This document shows, one piece after another, positions 10,918-19,726 of a stretch of 58,546 nt of DNA. The stretch lies in the NCBI GenBank assembly GCA_012523605.1, contig JAAYTY010000056.1:1-58546 (forward strand), written 5' to 3'. The notes beneath the pieces are model-generated. The model was not told the origin of the DNA, did not search any database, and was given only the letters and a program-made list of their open reading frames with translations. A program made the translations under genes and the position numbers. Origin of the DNA: Candidatus Fermentibacterota bacterium (GTDB lineage: Bacteria > Fermentibacterota > Fermentibacteria > Fermentibacterales > Fermentibacteraceae). Each line of letters begins with the position of its first letter. The stretch's first letter is position 1.

Positions 10918-11856
10918 TCAGCGAGCCCCCTCCCTGGCGCAGAGATCCCTGCCGCCCATGTAGACGATCTCTTCGACGAGGGTCGTGCCCGAGGCCGCCT
11001 CGACCCTTTCCCGGATGATCTCTATGAGGCGAACGATGTCGGCCGAAGCGGCTTCCCCGGTGTTCACGATGAAGTTCGCATGCTTCCGGGAGACCATGGC
11101 TCCGCCGCAGGACAGCCCCTTCAGACCGGCCTCCTCGATGAGGCGTCCCGGCGGCTTGTCATCCGGAGGCCGTTTGAAGACGCTTCCCGCGTTGGGCATG
11201 TCCAGGGGCAGAGTCTCCCTGCGCCTGCGGAGGTGATCGGCAGCCTCCGCCCTCAGAAGGGCCGGATCGGCGGCCGGAAGCGAGAGCCTCACTCCGGACA
11301 CCACCCAGCCCCCCGCCTGGAAGGAGCTCGATCTGTAGCCGAAGCGGCATTCGCAGGCGGGGAATATCCTGACCGTCCCGCCGGGGCCAACGGCCTCCAC
11401 GGATTCCACCAGTCCGGACAGCGAAGACCCGTAGGCTCCCGCGTTCATGCATGCGGCGCCGCCGACGGTTCCGGGAATGCCGGCGGCGAAGGCAAGCCCT
11501 CCGGCGCCCTTCATGCAGGCCGCACCTGCAAGAGGCGGCAGAGGGGCGGCGGCTCCGGCGTCCACCGCGAAGCCGGAATCGGATCTTTGCCAGGCCACTC
11601 CCGCCAGGACGCCCGAGAGGATTATGACGACTCCGTCGTAGCCGGAATCCGGAGCCAGCACGTTCGAGCCTCTCCCGAGAACGAACCAGGGCACGCCTTC
11701 GTCCCCCAGCACGCCCAGCGCGTCTGCGAGCTCCCCCCTGGAGCCCGGGCGGAGGGCGACGGCGGGACCGCCCACCCTCCAGGTCGTGCAGTCGCAGAGC
11801 GCCAGGTCGGAGGCCATGCCGGGGAAGCGCTCGAAGGCGAGGCGCCTTGCGCTCAT
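10918..11856 (-). CDS. murB: UDP-N-acetylenolpyruvoylglucosamine reductase
   Basis: Motifs seen: TTWRVGGPA, GRGSNVL, GIPGTVGGAACMNAGAYG, NAGSVFKRPP and HANFIVN. The start is the internal ATG at 11856 (ATGA overlap with the GT2 stop). The 488-aa track ORF is an upstream extension. Confidence 0.8.
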   Translation of the reverse strand: MSARRLAFERFPGMASDLALCDCTTWRVGGPAVALRPGSRGELADALGVLGDEGVPWFVLGRGSNVLAPDSGYDGVVIILSGVLAGVAWQRSDSGFAVDAGAAAPLPPLAGAACMKGAGGLAFAAGIPGTVGGAACMNAGAYGSSLSGLVESVEAVGPGGTVRIFPACECRFGYRSSSFQAGGWVVSGVRLSLPAADPALLRAEAADHLRRRRETLPLDMPNAGSVFKRPPDDKPPGRLIEEAGLKGLSCGGAMVSRKHANFIVNTGEAASADIVRLIEIIRERVEAASGTTLVEEIVYMGGRDLCAREGAR

Positions 11857-12782
11857 ACTCCCCTCCCCGAGAGACCCCTCAGCACAGCACCCACGGACAG
11901 ATACGTGAACAGGAATCTTGGCCTGCCGGCCTTCTCCATCCAGGCGAGCACGAACCGGTACAGGGGGCGAAGGAGGGCGAGGCGCACGGCGAGCCTTACG
12001 GGCGCCATCGCAACGGGCTCGGCAAGGACAGGCTCCATCCATCGGCTGCCCAGAAGCCCTCCGGCTTCGGGGTGCGCCTCGAGGAACTTCCTGAGTCCTC
12101 CCGCTCCGTACTCCGCCATCTTCTCCGAATGCCTCCTCACGGTAACCTCGTCGAGATGATATGCCCGCACCGCCGGATCTCTGTAGAACGAGGCGCCCAT
12201 GCGGAAGAGCCGGTAGCCGAGTTCGGTGTCCTCGCCCCCGTAGGTCACGATGGAGGGATCCATCCCTCCGGACTCCACGAGCAGTTTCGTCCTGATGCTC
12301 ACGTTGCCCGTGACGAGGTGCCTCCACGGCATGGGCCCCGCGGGGGCCAGGTTGCCGGCCCTGGTGTCGAACCATTTCTGCCACGGGGTCGCCCTGGGCG
12401 ACCAGGCGTTGATCCTCGCGCCCCGGAAGACATCCGCCCTGCCCGCCCTGTGAGCGTCAGCGTGAGCCTTCAGGACATCGGGCGCGAATTTCAGGTCGGC
12501 GTCGGCGAGCAGTGAGACGGGGCCCTCCGAAGCCTCCAGCGCGGCGTTCCTGGCCGCCGGCCTGTTTCCCTCGCCCTCCAGCCTGACCACTCTGACCCGG
12601 CCTGCGCCGCAGGTCTCCAGGTCGAACCTGCCGGACACGGGAGGATCGCTTCCGTCGTCCGCGAGAACCAGCTCCCATTCGAAGTCCAGTCCCGCCTGAC
12701 CGGCGAGGGATCCAAGGAAAAGCGACATCCCGGCTCCGGGATTCCTCACCGGCACCTGGACGGACAGCAGTGGACGCAACAT
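11853..12782 (-). CDS. Family 2 glycosyltransferase
   Basis: Motifs seen: SVQVPVRN, DDGSD, ADADL and GGEDTELGYR. The start overlaps the flippase stop by 1 nt (TGATG). Confidence 0.7.
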   Translation of the reverse strand: MLRPLLSVQVPVRNPGAGMSLFLGSLAGQAGLDFEWELVLADDGSDPPVSGRFDLETCGAGRVRVVRLEGEGNRPAARNAALEASEGPVSLLADADLKFAPDVLKAHADAHRAGRADVFRGARINAWSPRATPWQKWFDTRAGNLAPAGPMPWRHLVTGNVSIRTKLLVESGGMDPSIVTYGGEDTELGYRLFRMGASFYRDPAVRAYHLDEVTVRRHSEKMAEYGAGGLRKFLEAHPEAGGLLGSRWMEPVLAEPVAMAPVRLAVRLALLRPLYRFVLAWMEKAGRPRFLFTYLSVGAVLRGLSGRGV

Positions 12783-14140
12783 CAGCCCGCCCTCCTCAGA
12801 GCGGAGACAAGCGAGAGCGCCGCCGCCGTCCCCGCGGCGGCGATTCCCGCGCGGAAGCCAAGAGGAAGCTGCGACACAGGGCCGAGCAGGGCGGCGAGGA
12901 GCATGAGCACGGAGATGACCGGGAAGCTGACGGGAAACGCCCGGCGGCCCGTCCAGAAGAGGCTCCCCGCCATGAATACATTGGTGCCGAGCGTGGCGAG
13001 AGCCGCACCCTGAGCCCCGTACAGTGGAATCAGCCTGGCGTTGAACAGGATGTTCGCCCCGGCGCCGAGGATGGTGACGAGGGCGATCCAGTCGGTCCTT
13101 CCGCTCAGCAGGGGGCCTGTCTGCGCTACGACGAAAAGGGCGTACAGGGCGTTCGCTCCGGCCAGAAGTGGGATGACGCGGCCCGCGGGCGCGAAGGCCT
13201 CCCCTCCGAGAGCGGATGCCAGCTCGGGGGCGGCGAGGGAGAGGATGGCGGCGGCGAGCAGGGCCAGCACCACGAACTGAAGGGCGCTCCTTCCCATCCT
13301 CCCGGGATCATTCCTCGATTCGCGGTCGCGGAAGATGTGGCGGAGCCATGCCATGCCGAATCCCTGGGTCAGCGGCGCGAGTATCATGCATGCGCTGGTA
13401 GCCCACTCGTAGTAGCCGCTCTGACCCAGGTCGCCTCCGATGGACCTGAGCATGGTCATGTCCGCGGACTGCAGGACCAGCAGGGCCAGCCCCGAGGGAA
13501 CGAAGGGCAGGCTGAAGCGAAGGAGCCCGGATGGCGGTTTTCCTTCCCGCTTCGCCAGGGGGACGGCCATCACGAGCAGAGCGAGCGATGCCACAAGGGC
13601 CGGCGCCCACCTGGATGCGAGGAACGGCGTCACACCCGGGCCGCCTCTCCCGAGCAGGATCACGAGAAGGACGACGGAAGCGGCCGTCCGGACGGACTGG
13701 ACCGCGAGGTAGGATCCGGCCCTCCCTTCCGCCCTCAGGGGCGACGCGAGAACCTGAACCATGGCGGCCCCTGCTCCCAGCAGGAAGCCGTGCAGGAGCA
13801 GCGAGGGCGTTTCCAGCCTCAGGAGATTGCACACCGCATCCCTGAAGAGGAGGAGCAGCCCGCCCAGAACGGCGGCCGCCGCGAAGGGCAGGATCACAGC
13901 AAGCCGGAGCAGATGCCTCCTGCTGGTCGCCCCGTCCTGCCAATAGCGCATCATCCCGGTTGGGAAACCCAGCACGGCTATGCCCGCAACGACGTCCGCC
14001 AGGGTTCTCAGAGAGCCCACTGCTCCGGCCTCCTCTGCGGAGAGACTCGCGGACATGAACGGCAGGAAGGCCAGCATCGCGAGCCCCCCGACCGTAGTCG
14101 CGGCGGCGTACAGGACAGTCTCACGCTTCAGGGCCGTCAT
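12782..14140 (-). CDS. MOP-superfamily oligosaccharide flippase (second Wzx-like)
   Basis: A polytopic membrane protein with IPLYGAQGAALATLGTNVFMAGSLFW. The internal ATG at 14140 (MTALKRETVLY) overlaps the upstream stop by 1 nt. Confidence 0.65.
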   Translation of the reverse strand: MTALKRETVLYAAATTVGGLAMLAFLPFMSASLSAEEAGAVGSLRTLADVVAGIAVLGFPTGMMRYWQDGATSRRHLLRLAVILPFAAAAVLGGLLLLFRDAVCNLLRLETPSLLLHGFLLGAGAAMVQVLASPLRAEGRAGSYLAVQSVRTAASVVLLVILLGRGGPGVTPFLASRWAPALVASLALLVMAVPLAKREGKPPSGLLRFSLPFVPSGLALLVLQSADMTMLRSIGGDLGQSGYYEWATSACMILAPLTQGFGMAWLRHIFRDRESRNDPGRMGRSALQFVVLALLAAAILSLAAPELASALGGEAFAPAGRVIPLLAGANALYALFVVAQTGPLLSGRTDWIALVTILGAGANILFNARLIPLYGAQGAALATLGTNVFMAGSLFWTGRRAFPVSFPVISVLMLLAALLGPVSQLPLGFRAGIAAAGTAAALSLVSALRRAG

Positions 14141-15213
14141 CACCTCTCCCAGCCCAGTTCGCGGTAGAGTTCGTGGTACTGCCCGGCGACGGTGAGCCAG
14201 TGGTGCCTCCTCCGTATCCACCGGGGACCAGCGGAAGCGTGTTTTTCGCGCAGATCGCCGTCGAGAACGAGCTCACGAAGGACCCCGCGCAGTGTTTCAG
14301 GGGTGGCGAGCACGAACGGATGATCCGGGATGAAGGCGCGATAGGCTTCTGACAGGTTGGTGACAGTGGCAATTCCCATGGAAAGCGATTCCAGGGAGTT
14401 CACCCCGTAGCCCATGTCTCCGTCGGCTATCTGGTCTATGGCGATGGCGCACGAGGCCTTGACGCGCAGGGCCTCGGCATGCGGCATGTTCTCGATCAGC
14501 ACGAGCTCGACCGAAATCTCCCGCGAGAGGTCCTCCACGACTGAGACTATCCTGTCGGTCCCCTTCACGGATCTTATCCTGGGGGCATGGCAGACCCTCA
14601 CGGGACCGGGAAGGGGCGAGGCGGAGGGCACGGATTCGGGATCGAAGGGGAGGAACATGTATCTGATTTCCGGGAATCTCGAGTACAGGTCGAACTCGCA
14701 GGTGGTGTGGATCTCGGTAGCCTCCCACACGGGTCTGATCGCGCCCCTCATCCTCAGATCCAGCCCGTGGTAGTTCGACAGGATGTGCTTCCCGGCGGCC
14801 CTCAGCCTCTTCACGTCCCTTCCGTCCCTGAAGAAGCTCATTCCGCCCTCGAGGTGGTAGATGTCGAAATCCATGAGAGAGTAGCGTCTCGAGGCCACCA
14901 TCAGCCTGGGAAGCCATACCAGCTCCCTGAACGAGAGGAGAATCCGCTCCAGCAGTCCCGGAGTCCACCAGATGCGTTCCTTCGAACCCGTGAACGGCAC
15001 TCTCAGACTCGCGACCCTGAGCGCCCTCTTCACTTTCCACAGCCACTCCGCAGGACCCACGAAAGGGAGGTCGAGGCAGATGTCCTCCTCGTACCGGCTC
15101 TTCGCCCTGTAGAATGTCACGAGCCTGCTCTCGTGCCCCAGCGCCCGGTGCCCCTTCGCGAACAGGGTCAGTACGCCGGTGTAGTTCTGGGGGGACACGT
15201 GGAGAATCCTCAC
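14140..15213 (-). CDS. GT-B fold glycosyltransferase (GT1/GT4-like)
   Basis: The GTG start at 15213 (VRILHVSPQNY) overlaps the upstream stop (GTGA). The C-terminal region (NSLESLSMGIATV) resembles the GT-B donor-binding region. The remainder of the 763-aa track ORF is Arg-rich, out-of-frame shadow. Confidence 0.6.
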   Translation of the reverse strand: MRILHVSPQNYTGVLTLFAKGHRALGHESRLVTFYRAKSRYEEDICLDLPFVGPAEWLWKVKRALRVASLRVPFTGSKERIWWTPGLLERILLSFRELVWLPRLMVASRRYSLMDFDIYHLEGGMSFFRDGRDVKRLRAAGKHILSNYHGLDLRMRGAIRPVWEATEIHTTCEFDLYSRFPEIRYMFLPFDPESVPSASPLPGPVRVCHAPRIRSVKGTDRIVSVVEDLSREISVELVLIENMPHAEALRVKASCAIAIDQIADGDMGYGVNSLESLSMGIATVTNLSEAYRAFIPDHPFVLATPETLRGVLRELVLDGDLREKHASAGPRWIRRRHHWLTVAGQYHELYRELGWER

Positions 15214-16460
15214 GACAGGATCCTCCGGGAACGCGACAGGGCTGCGGCGGCGAAGACGGCCGCAGCGGCAGCCTGCACGGCTCCGGCAGCCGCTCCGGCG
15301 GCGGGGGATACCTCCGCGGCGGTGAACGGGAAGAGGTCGGGAGCGCCGCGTCCGATCCTCGCAAGAGAAACCGCCAGCGGCGAGCGCGACGGCTTCCAGA
15401 TCACCGCCTGCCGGGAGGGATCGTCGAAGGCGTCGGCTCCGAGGCTCTGCTCGACCGCGGCGGGGTCGCTCCACACGGCGGCGGAGCTGCATGCGACGGC
15501 CCAAGCGCCGGCCGCGAGCAGCAGAGGCCCTGCCCGCCCCGGAGCGGCCAGCGGCGCAAGCAGGGGGGGAAGGGCCGTGAACAGGAATCTCGGGCCCCAG
15601 CCGGTTCCGCCCGTCCAGTCGCGGATCTGCGAATGCAGGACGAGTGAGATGACGAAAGGCGCGACCAGCCGCCAGTCCCTGGCTCTCCCGAGTGCGATGA
15701 AAGCCGCGGGGGCATACCAGAGCAGGCCCTTGCCGGGGCTGAACAGCAGTCCTGCCAGCCCTGCCAGACCAGGCGAGAAAGCCATGGCGGGATCCATGGA
15801 GTGACCGTCCTCGAGGGGCGAGCCGAATCGGAAGAGGTTGTATGCACCGAGGAGGGCCAGTGCCGCCGCAATGCCGGGGGCTAGGCCGGCCAGGCTGCGC
15901 CTTCCCCTGACCAGGGAAGGCAGGAACACCACGCTGTCCAGCCGCACCAGCATCGCCGCTCCCAGAGCCGCGCCGGCGTTTGAATGCCTTCCGTCCATGG
16001 ACTCGTTCATCGCCGCAACACAGAAGAAAGCCGCGGCGGTGACGTCGAACGGCATTCTGCCGTACACCAGGGCCATTCCGCAGAGGGCGAGCAGTATCAT
16101 CCTGGCAGCGCCGGGGGGAGAGCCGTTGCATCTCCCGCACAGCCCCGACCATGCCGCCACGAGCGCGGCGCTGGTCAGTGCGCAGATGGCCGCGGCGACC
16201 GGTTTTGCCGCCAGGTCCGTGAGGAGTCCCGCCGCCGCGGCCGGAAGGAGGATGAGCGAGTATCCCGGTGCGTGGGGCACGTAGCCGTTCCCGCCGAGAC
16301 CTTCCACTACCCATCCGTTCGCCGCGGTGAAGAGGGGGCGCTGTCCCAGGATCGAACCCGCGACCTCCAGCTGGGCCGCCACATCGGTGGAGTAGAGGCG
16401 GCCGCCGAAGACGACTGCAAGAAGAGCGCACCAGAACAGAGTCGCCCGGCCTCCCGGCAT
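15210..16460 (-). CDS. Polytopic membrane protein, GT-C-like glycosyltransferase or glycan polymerase
   Basis: It has roughly 10 or more predicted TM segments, is Ala/Gly/Leu-rich, and has an early loop (YSTDVAAQLEVAGSI). It shares the operon with a polyprenol-P-mannose synthase. The family assignment is tentative. Confidence 0.4.
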   Translation of the reverse strand: MPGGRATLFWCALLAVVFGGRLYSTDVAAQLEVAGSILGQRPLFTAANGWVVEGLGGNGYVPHAPGYSLILLPAAAAGLLTDLAAKPVAAAICALTSAALVAAWSGLCGRCNGSPPGAARMILLALCGMALVYGRMPFDVTAAAFFCVAAMNESMDGRHSNAGAALGAAMLVRLDSVVFLPSLVRGRRSLAGLAPGIAAALALLGAYNLFRFGSPLEDGHSMDPAMAFSPGLAGLAGLLFSPGKGLLWYAPAAFIALGRARDWRLVAPFVISLVLHSQIRDWTGGTGWGPRFLFTALPPLLAPLAAPGRAGPLLLAAGAWAVACSSAAVWSDPAAVEQSLGADAFDDPSRQAVIWKPSRSPLAVSLARIGRGAPDLFPFTAAEVSPAAGAAAGAVQAAAAAVFAAAALSRSRRILS

Positions 16461-16507
16461 CCGGTCCGTCGGCGGGAGGGCCGGCTTCGAGCCCGTGCCG
16501 GTCCGGT

Positions 16508-17491
16508 TCAGACCCCGCTCCCGGCCAGCCCGAGGGCGAGCGTGTCCCGGAAGTGCCCCCTCGCGCTGAACGACTCCTTGAACCGGCAGAGGCCCCTGTT
16601 CACCTCCATGTCGAGCGTGAAGGTGCCCAGATCGAGGAACCTGTAGCCGCTGTCGCGGGCCCAGGCGATAACCTCGCGGTAGAGGAGGTTGACAGGCCTC
16701 TGGGACTGGAAGCGCGCGTCGTGCGAGATGTAGAATGCGAGCGAGACGCGGGGGTTGCAGTGGAACATCACCATTCCGGCGAGGACTCCGTCGGGGCCCT
16801 TCGCGAGGAACTGCCGGATACGGTCGCGGCCCACGAGAGACCTCAGTCTCTCCAGCTCCTCCAGAGTATGCGTCGGTCGAACGCCGTGCCTGTCCTTGAG
16901 ATTGGTCTCGAGAACGGGGTAGAAGAGGGAGAAGTCGGGATCCTCCACCACTGCGAGGCCCAGTCTCCTGGCTCTGGCCACCCCCCTGCCGGCCGCGTCG
17001 CTGAAGGCCAGCTCGATGTCGTCACCCATCCTCGAGAGATCTATCACTGCCGTCAGTTCGCGCTTCCGATATGTGAAGCCCCTGCGGAGGAGGGCGAAGT
17101 CGAGATTGTTGCCGGGACGCCTGAAGTATGCCTGGGGCGGGAGCGTCATCTCGATGCCGGCGAAGCCGCGGGCCCTGCAGTATTCCACTATGGCATCTAC
17201 GATGTCCTCGACGTCGTCGAGCCCGTCTCCGTCGTCCAGGAGCGGCCCTCCCCAGGATGCCCCGGGATAGGATCTGAGCCAGACTCCGCCGTCGCGCTCC
17301 GAGAGGGCGCCTGTCATCAGGCTGCGCAGCCTTCCGGAGGATTCGAGCACAAGGTGGTGATTGCGGAATCGGCCGGCCGGATGGTAGTCGAGGAACTCCG
17401 GTGTGTGGAAGATGGTCCCGTTGCTCGAGTGCTTTACCAGCTCGGACCAGGCCGAACGGTCGGAATCCGACGCTTCGCGGACCTCGATCAT
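16508..17491 (-). CDS. FemAB-like / GNAT-fold aminoacyl- or acyl-transferase
   Basis: A 327-aa protein whose architecture resembles FemAB and exosortase-associated acyltransferases (FHTPEFLDY, ..YFRRPGNNLDF.., LYREVIAWARDSGYRFLDLG). There is an ATGA overlap at 17488-17491. Confidence 0.55.
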   Translation of the reverse strand: MIEVREASDSDRSAWSELVKHSSNGTIFHTPEFLDYHPAGRFRNHHLVLESSGRLRSLMTGALSERDGGVWLRSYPGASWGGPLLDDGDGLDDVEDIVDAIVEYCRARGFAGIEMTLPPQAYFRRPGNNLDFALLRRGFTYRKRELTAVIDLSRMGDDIELAFSDAAGRGVARARRLGLAVVEDPDFSLFYPVLETNLKDRHGVRPTHTLEELERLRSLVGRDRIRQFLAKGPDGVLAGMVMFHCNPRVSLAFYISHDARFQSQRPVNLLYREVIAWARDSGYRFLDLGTFTLDMEVNRGLCRFKESFSARGHFRDTLALGLAGSGV

Positions 17492-19725
17492 CTCACAACC
17501 GCCAGACGGGCTCTGCGGATCCCGCCGGGGGTATCCACGACGACCAGGTAGATGCCGGTAGCCGCGGGAGAGCCGTCGAAATCACCCGACCACTCCCAGT
17601 TCTCGGGATCGTCGGATCCGACGGTGCCGAGGAACCTCCCGTCCAGGGAGTAGAAATCAGCGGACACAGGGCCGTCCTCGAGTCCCGTCATCCGCAAAGG
17701 CTCTCCTGCGGCGGGGAGGAAGGGCTGGGGGTAGAAGCCGATCCCCTGCCCGGCAGACCCCCCGCCGCCCTGGACCTCTAAACTCCACATGCCCACCGGC
17801 GAGGAGAAGAGCACCCTGCCCTGCGAGGGAATCCATGCGGAGTACTCGCTCTCGACGCGCGAGGAGGGGTAGTAGGGGGAGTTGCCGTCGTCGAAGGAGG
17901 TCACGAGGTTGCCTTCGACGCAGTATATGGCGGTCGTCCCCAGGCACCAGATGCGCTGCAGCCCGTCTATCACCAGGGCTTTCACGGCGTCCGACGGCCC
18001 GGCGATCGCCTTTATGCCGGCGGCCCGTGTCCACCTGCAGAGGCCGTCGCCGGTTCCGATCAGAACGCTGCCAGACGGCTCGAGAGCGAAGCAGTAGACC
18101 TGGTTCACGGGAAGGCCGCTTGCGGTAGTGAAGGCCTCTCCGGGGCCGGGAAGCCATGTATCGTCGGCCTTGTCGGTGGGGGTGCCGTTGTAGTCGAGCA
18201 TCTGGCATCCCTGTTCGCTTCCGAATGCGATCCACACCATGTCCTGACCGAGGGCCTGCACGGTCCTGATGTTCTTGACGGCCAGGCCGTCGGAGAAATC
18301 CCAGGTCTGCCAGTCAAGGTCGCCCGTTCGAGGGCTGCCGGTCACGGCGACAAGGCCGCTGGGTTCGTCCGGCGACGACCAGAAGGCTTCCTGTCCGATC
18401 CAGACGCATCCGGCCTGCGAAGATACTGACACTACCTGGTTGTTGAAGAGAGGGGCGAGCACCTGTGGGAAGCCCGGCGGCACGCCAGGCAGGCTTTCCG
18501 CGACGAAAGTCACCGTCGAGTCGTCGTCGAGCAGCCACGTGCCGCTGTCGTCATACCAGGTGAGCCCGTAGTGATACGAGGCTGTCCACATTCCGCCTGA
18601 TTCGCAGGGGACTGCGGAATAGGTCCTGAGGATGTTCGGCATGCCCTGAGGCTGCTCGTAGCTCCGCCATCCCTCCTCATAACCGGCCAGGAGGCCGCGG
18701 TTGTGGCTCCCGAGGTACATGATTCCGTCGTTCATCGAGATCTGGTAGCAGCTCCGCGAGGGCTGGCCCGGTATGTCGCGCACCTGCCATGAACCTTCCT
18801 GGAGCACCGCGAGGCCTCTGCCGAAATCGTCGGGCAGATTGTCGCAGGAACCCACTCCGGCCCAAACGCGGGTTCCGTCCCACCCCAACGCGGTGGCCCA
18901 TGTCTGGGATGGGAAGCCCGTCCCGAGAGGCTCCCACTGCCTGCCGGAGACCCTGCGACGGACTCCCCGGGCCGCGGCGACCAACCCTTCCGGTGTGTCG
19001 ATGAGATCGAAGACCAGGCTGTCGGGTGAGAAGTAGTCCAGTATGGTGGTCCAGCGGTTGTCCTGCCGCTTGAAAACGCCGTTCTCTCCGTAGCCGAAGA
19101 GGCTGTCGCCGCTTGTCACGAGATCGGTCATGCCGAGTTCATGCGTCGCATCGGACCAGGACCTCCACGAGGAGGAGTCGTAGGGGCTTGCCGAGAGGTC
19201 GAGAGAGAAGACCCCGTCCTCGGTTGCCAGCCACAGTGTATCCGACAGCTCGGCCATTCCTGTGACCTCGCCTGCGTCGAACCCCCCGCCCGTGGTGGAT
19301 TCGTCGAGGGGCACGAAGTCCGTTCCACCGCTCCATCTGGCAAGGCCTCCGTCACTGGCCGCGAACACCCATTCACCGACGGCCTCGACGTCCCAGACAG
19401 ATTCGCCGGGAATCCCCTCGAATGCCGTATAGACGGTCCACTCACCGTTCTCTCTGCAGGCAAGGCCGTCGGCGGTGGCCGCCCAGAGGCGTCCGCCCGG
19501 GTCCACCATCACGTCGTTCACCTTGAAGTGGGGCAGTTCGTCGGGAAAGGTGATCGTCTCTCCGAAATCACCGTCGGCGTCGCACAGGATCATGCCCCCC
19601 GAAGTGGCGCACCACATCCCCTCCGCCGAGTGGTAGATCGAGTTCACGTAGGTCATCGAGGTCTGAAGGTCCCATTCCAGCACCTGGGCGCATAGGGCTG
19701 CCAGAGCCAGGAATGCAGCGTTCAT
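17488..19725 (-). CDS. Secreted beta-propeller (Reg_prop-like) protein with FlgD/T9SS-like C-terminal domain; paralog of 7802-9976
   Basis: It begins with a signal peptide (MNAAFLALAALCAQ). Its repeats include LWAATADGLACRE, VFAASDGGLARW, LWLATEDGVFSLD and VLIGTGDGLCRW. The C-terminus reads DFYSLDGRFLG...GIYLVVVDT..RARLAVVR. Confidence 0.65.
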   Translation of the reverse strand: MNAAFLALAALCAQVLEWDLQTSMTYVNSIYHSAEGMWCATSGGMILCDADGDFGETITFPDELPHFKVNDVMVDPGGRLWAATADGLACRENGEWTVYTAFEGIPGESVWDVEAVGEWVFAASDGGLARWSGGTDFVPLDESTTGGGFDAGEVTGMAELSDTLWLATEDGVFSLDLSASPYDSSSWRSWSDATHELGMTDLVTSGDSLFGYGENGVFKRQDNRWTTILDYFSPDSLVFDLIDTPEGLVAAARGVRRRVSGRQWEPLGTGFPSQTWATALGWDGTRVWAGVGSCDNLPDDFGRGLAVLQEGSWQVRDIPGQPSRSCYQISMNDGIMYLGSHNRGLLAGYEEGWRSYEQPQGMPNILRTYSAVPCESGGMWTASYHYGLTWYDDSGTWLLDDDSTVTFVAESLPGVPPGFPQVLAPLFNNQVVSVSSQAGCVWIGQEAFWSSPDEPSGLVAVTGSPRTGDLDWQTWDFSDGLAVKNIRTVQALGQDMVWIAFGSEQGCQMLDYNGTPTDKADDTWLPGPGEAFTTASGLPVNQVYCFALEPSGSVLIGTGDGLCRWTRAAGIKAIAGPSDAVKALVIDGLQRIWCLGTTAIYCVEGNLVTSFDDGNSPYYPSSRVESEYSAWIPSQGRVLFSSPVGMWSLEVQGGGGSAGQGIGFYPQPFLPAAGEPLRMTGLEDGPVSADFYSLDGRFLGTVGSDDPENWEWSGDFDGSPAATGIYLVVVDTPGGIRRARLAVVR

Positions 19726-19726
19726 C

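Noticed and set aside
15225-15310. A GCNGCNGCN-rich stretch looks like a tandem repeat.
   Set aside because: It encodes the Ala-rich C-terminal tail (AAGAAAGAVQAAAAAVFAAAAL) of the polytopic membrane protein. It is codon-level low complexity, not a structured DNA repeat.
15214-16431. Several track ORFs carry N-terminal extensions. They are the 763-aa ORF at 14140-16431, 593 aa at 5085-6866, 488 aa at 10918-12384, 606 aa at 2678-4498, 551 aa at 53814-55469 and 329 aa at 38698-39687.
   Set aside because: In each case the extension overlaps the upstream gene out of frame and has an Arg-rich composition. An internal ATG or GTG exactly overlapping or abutting the upstream stop gives a protein that begins at the conserved family N-terminus.
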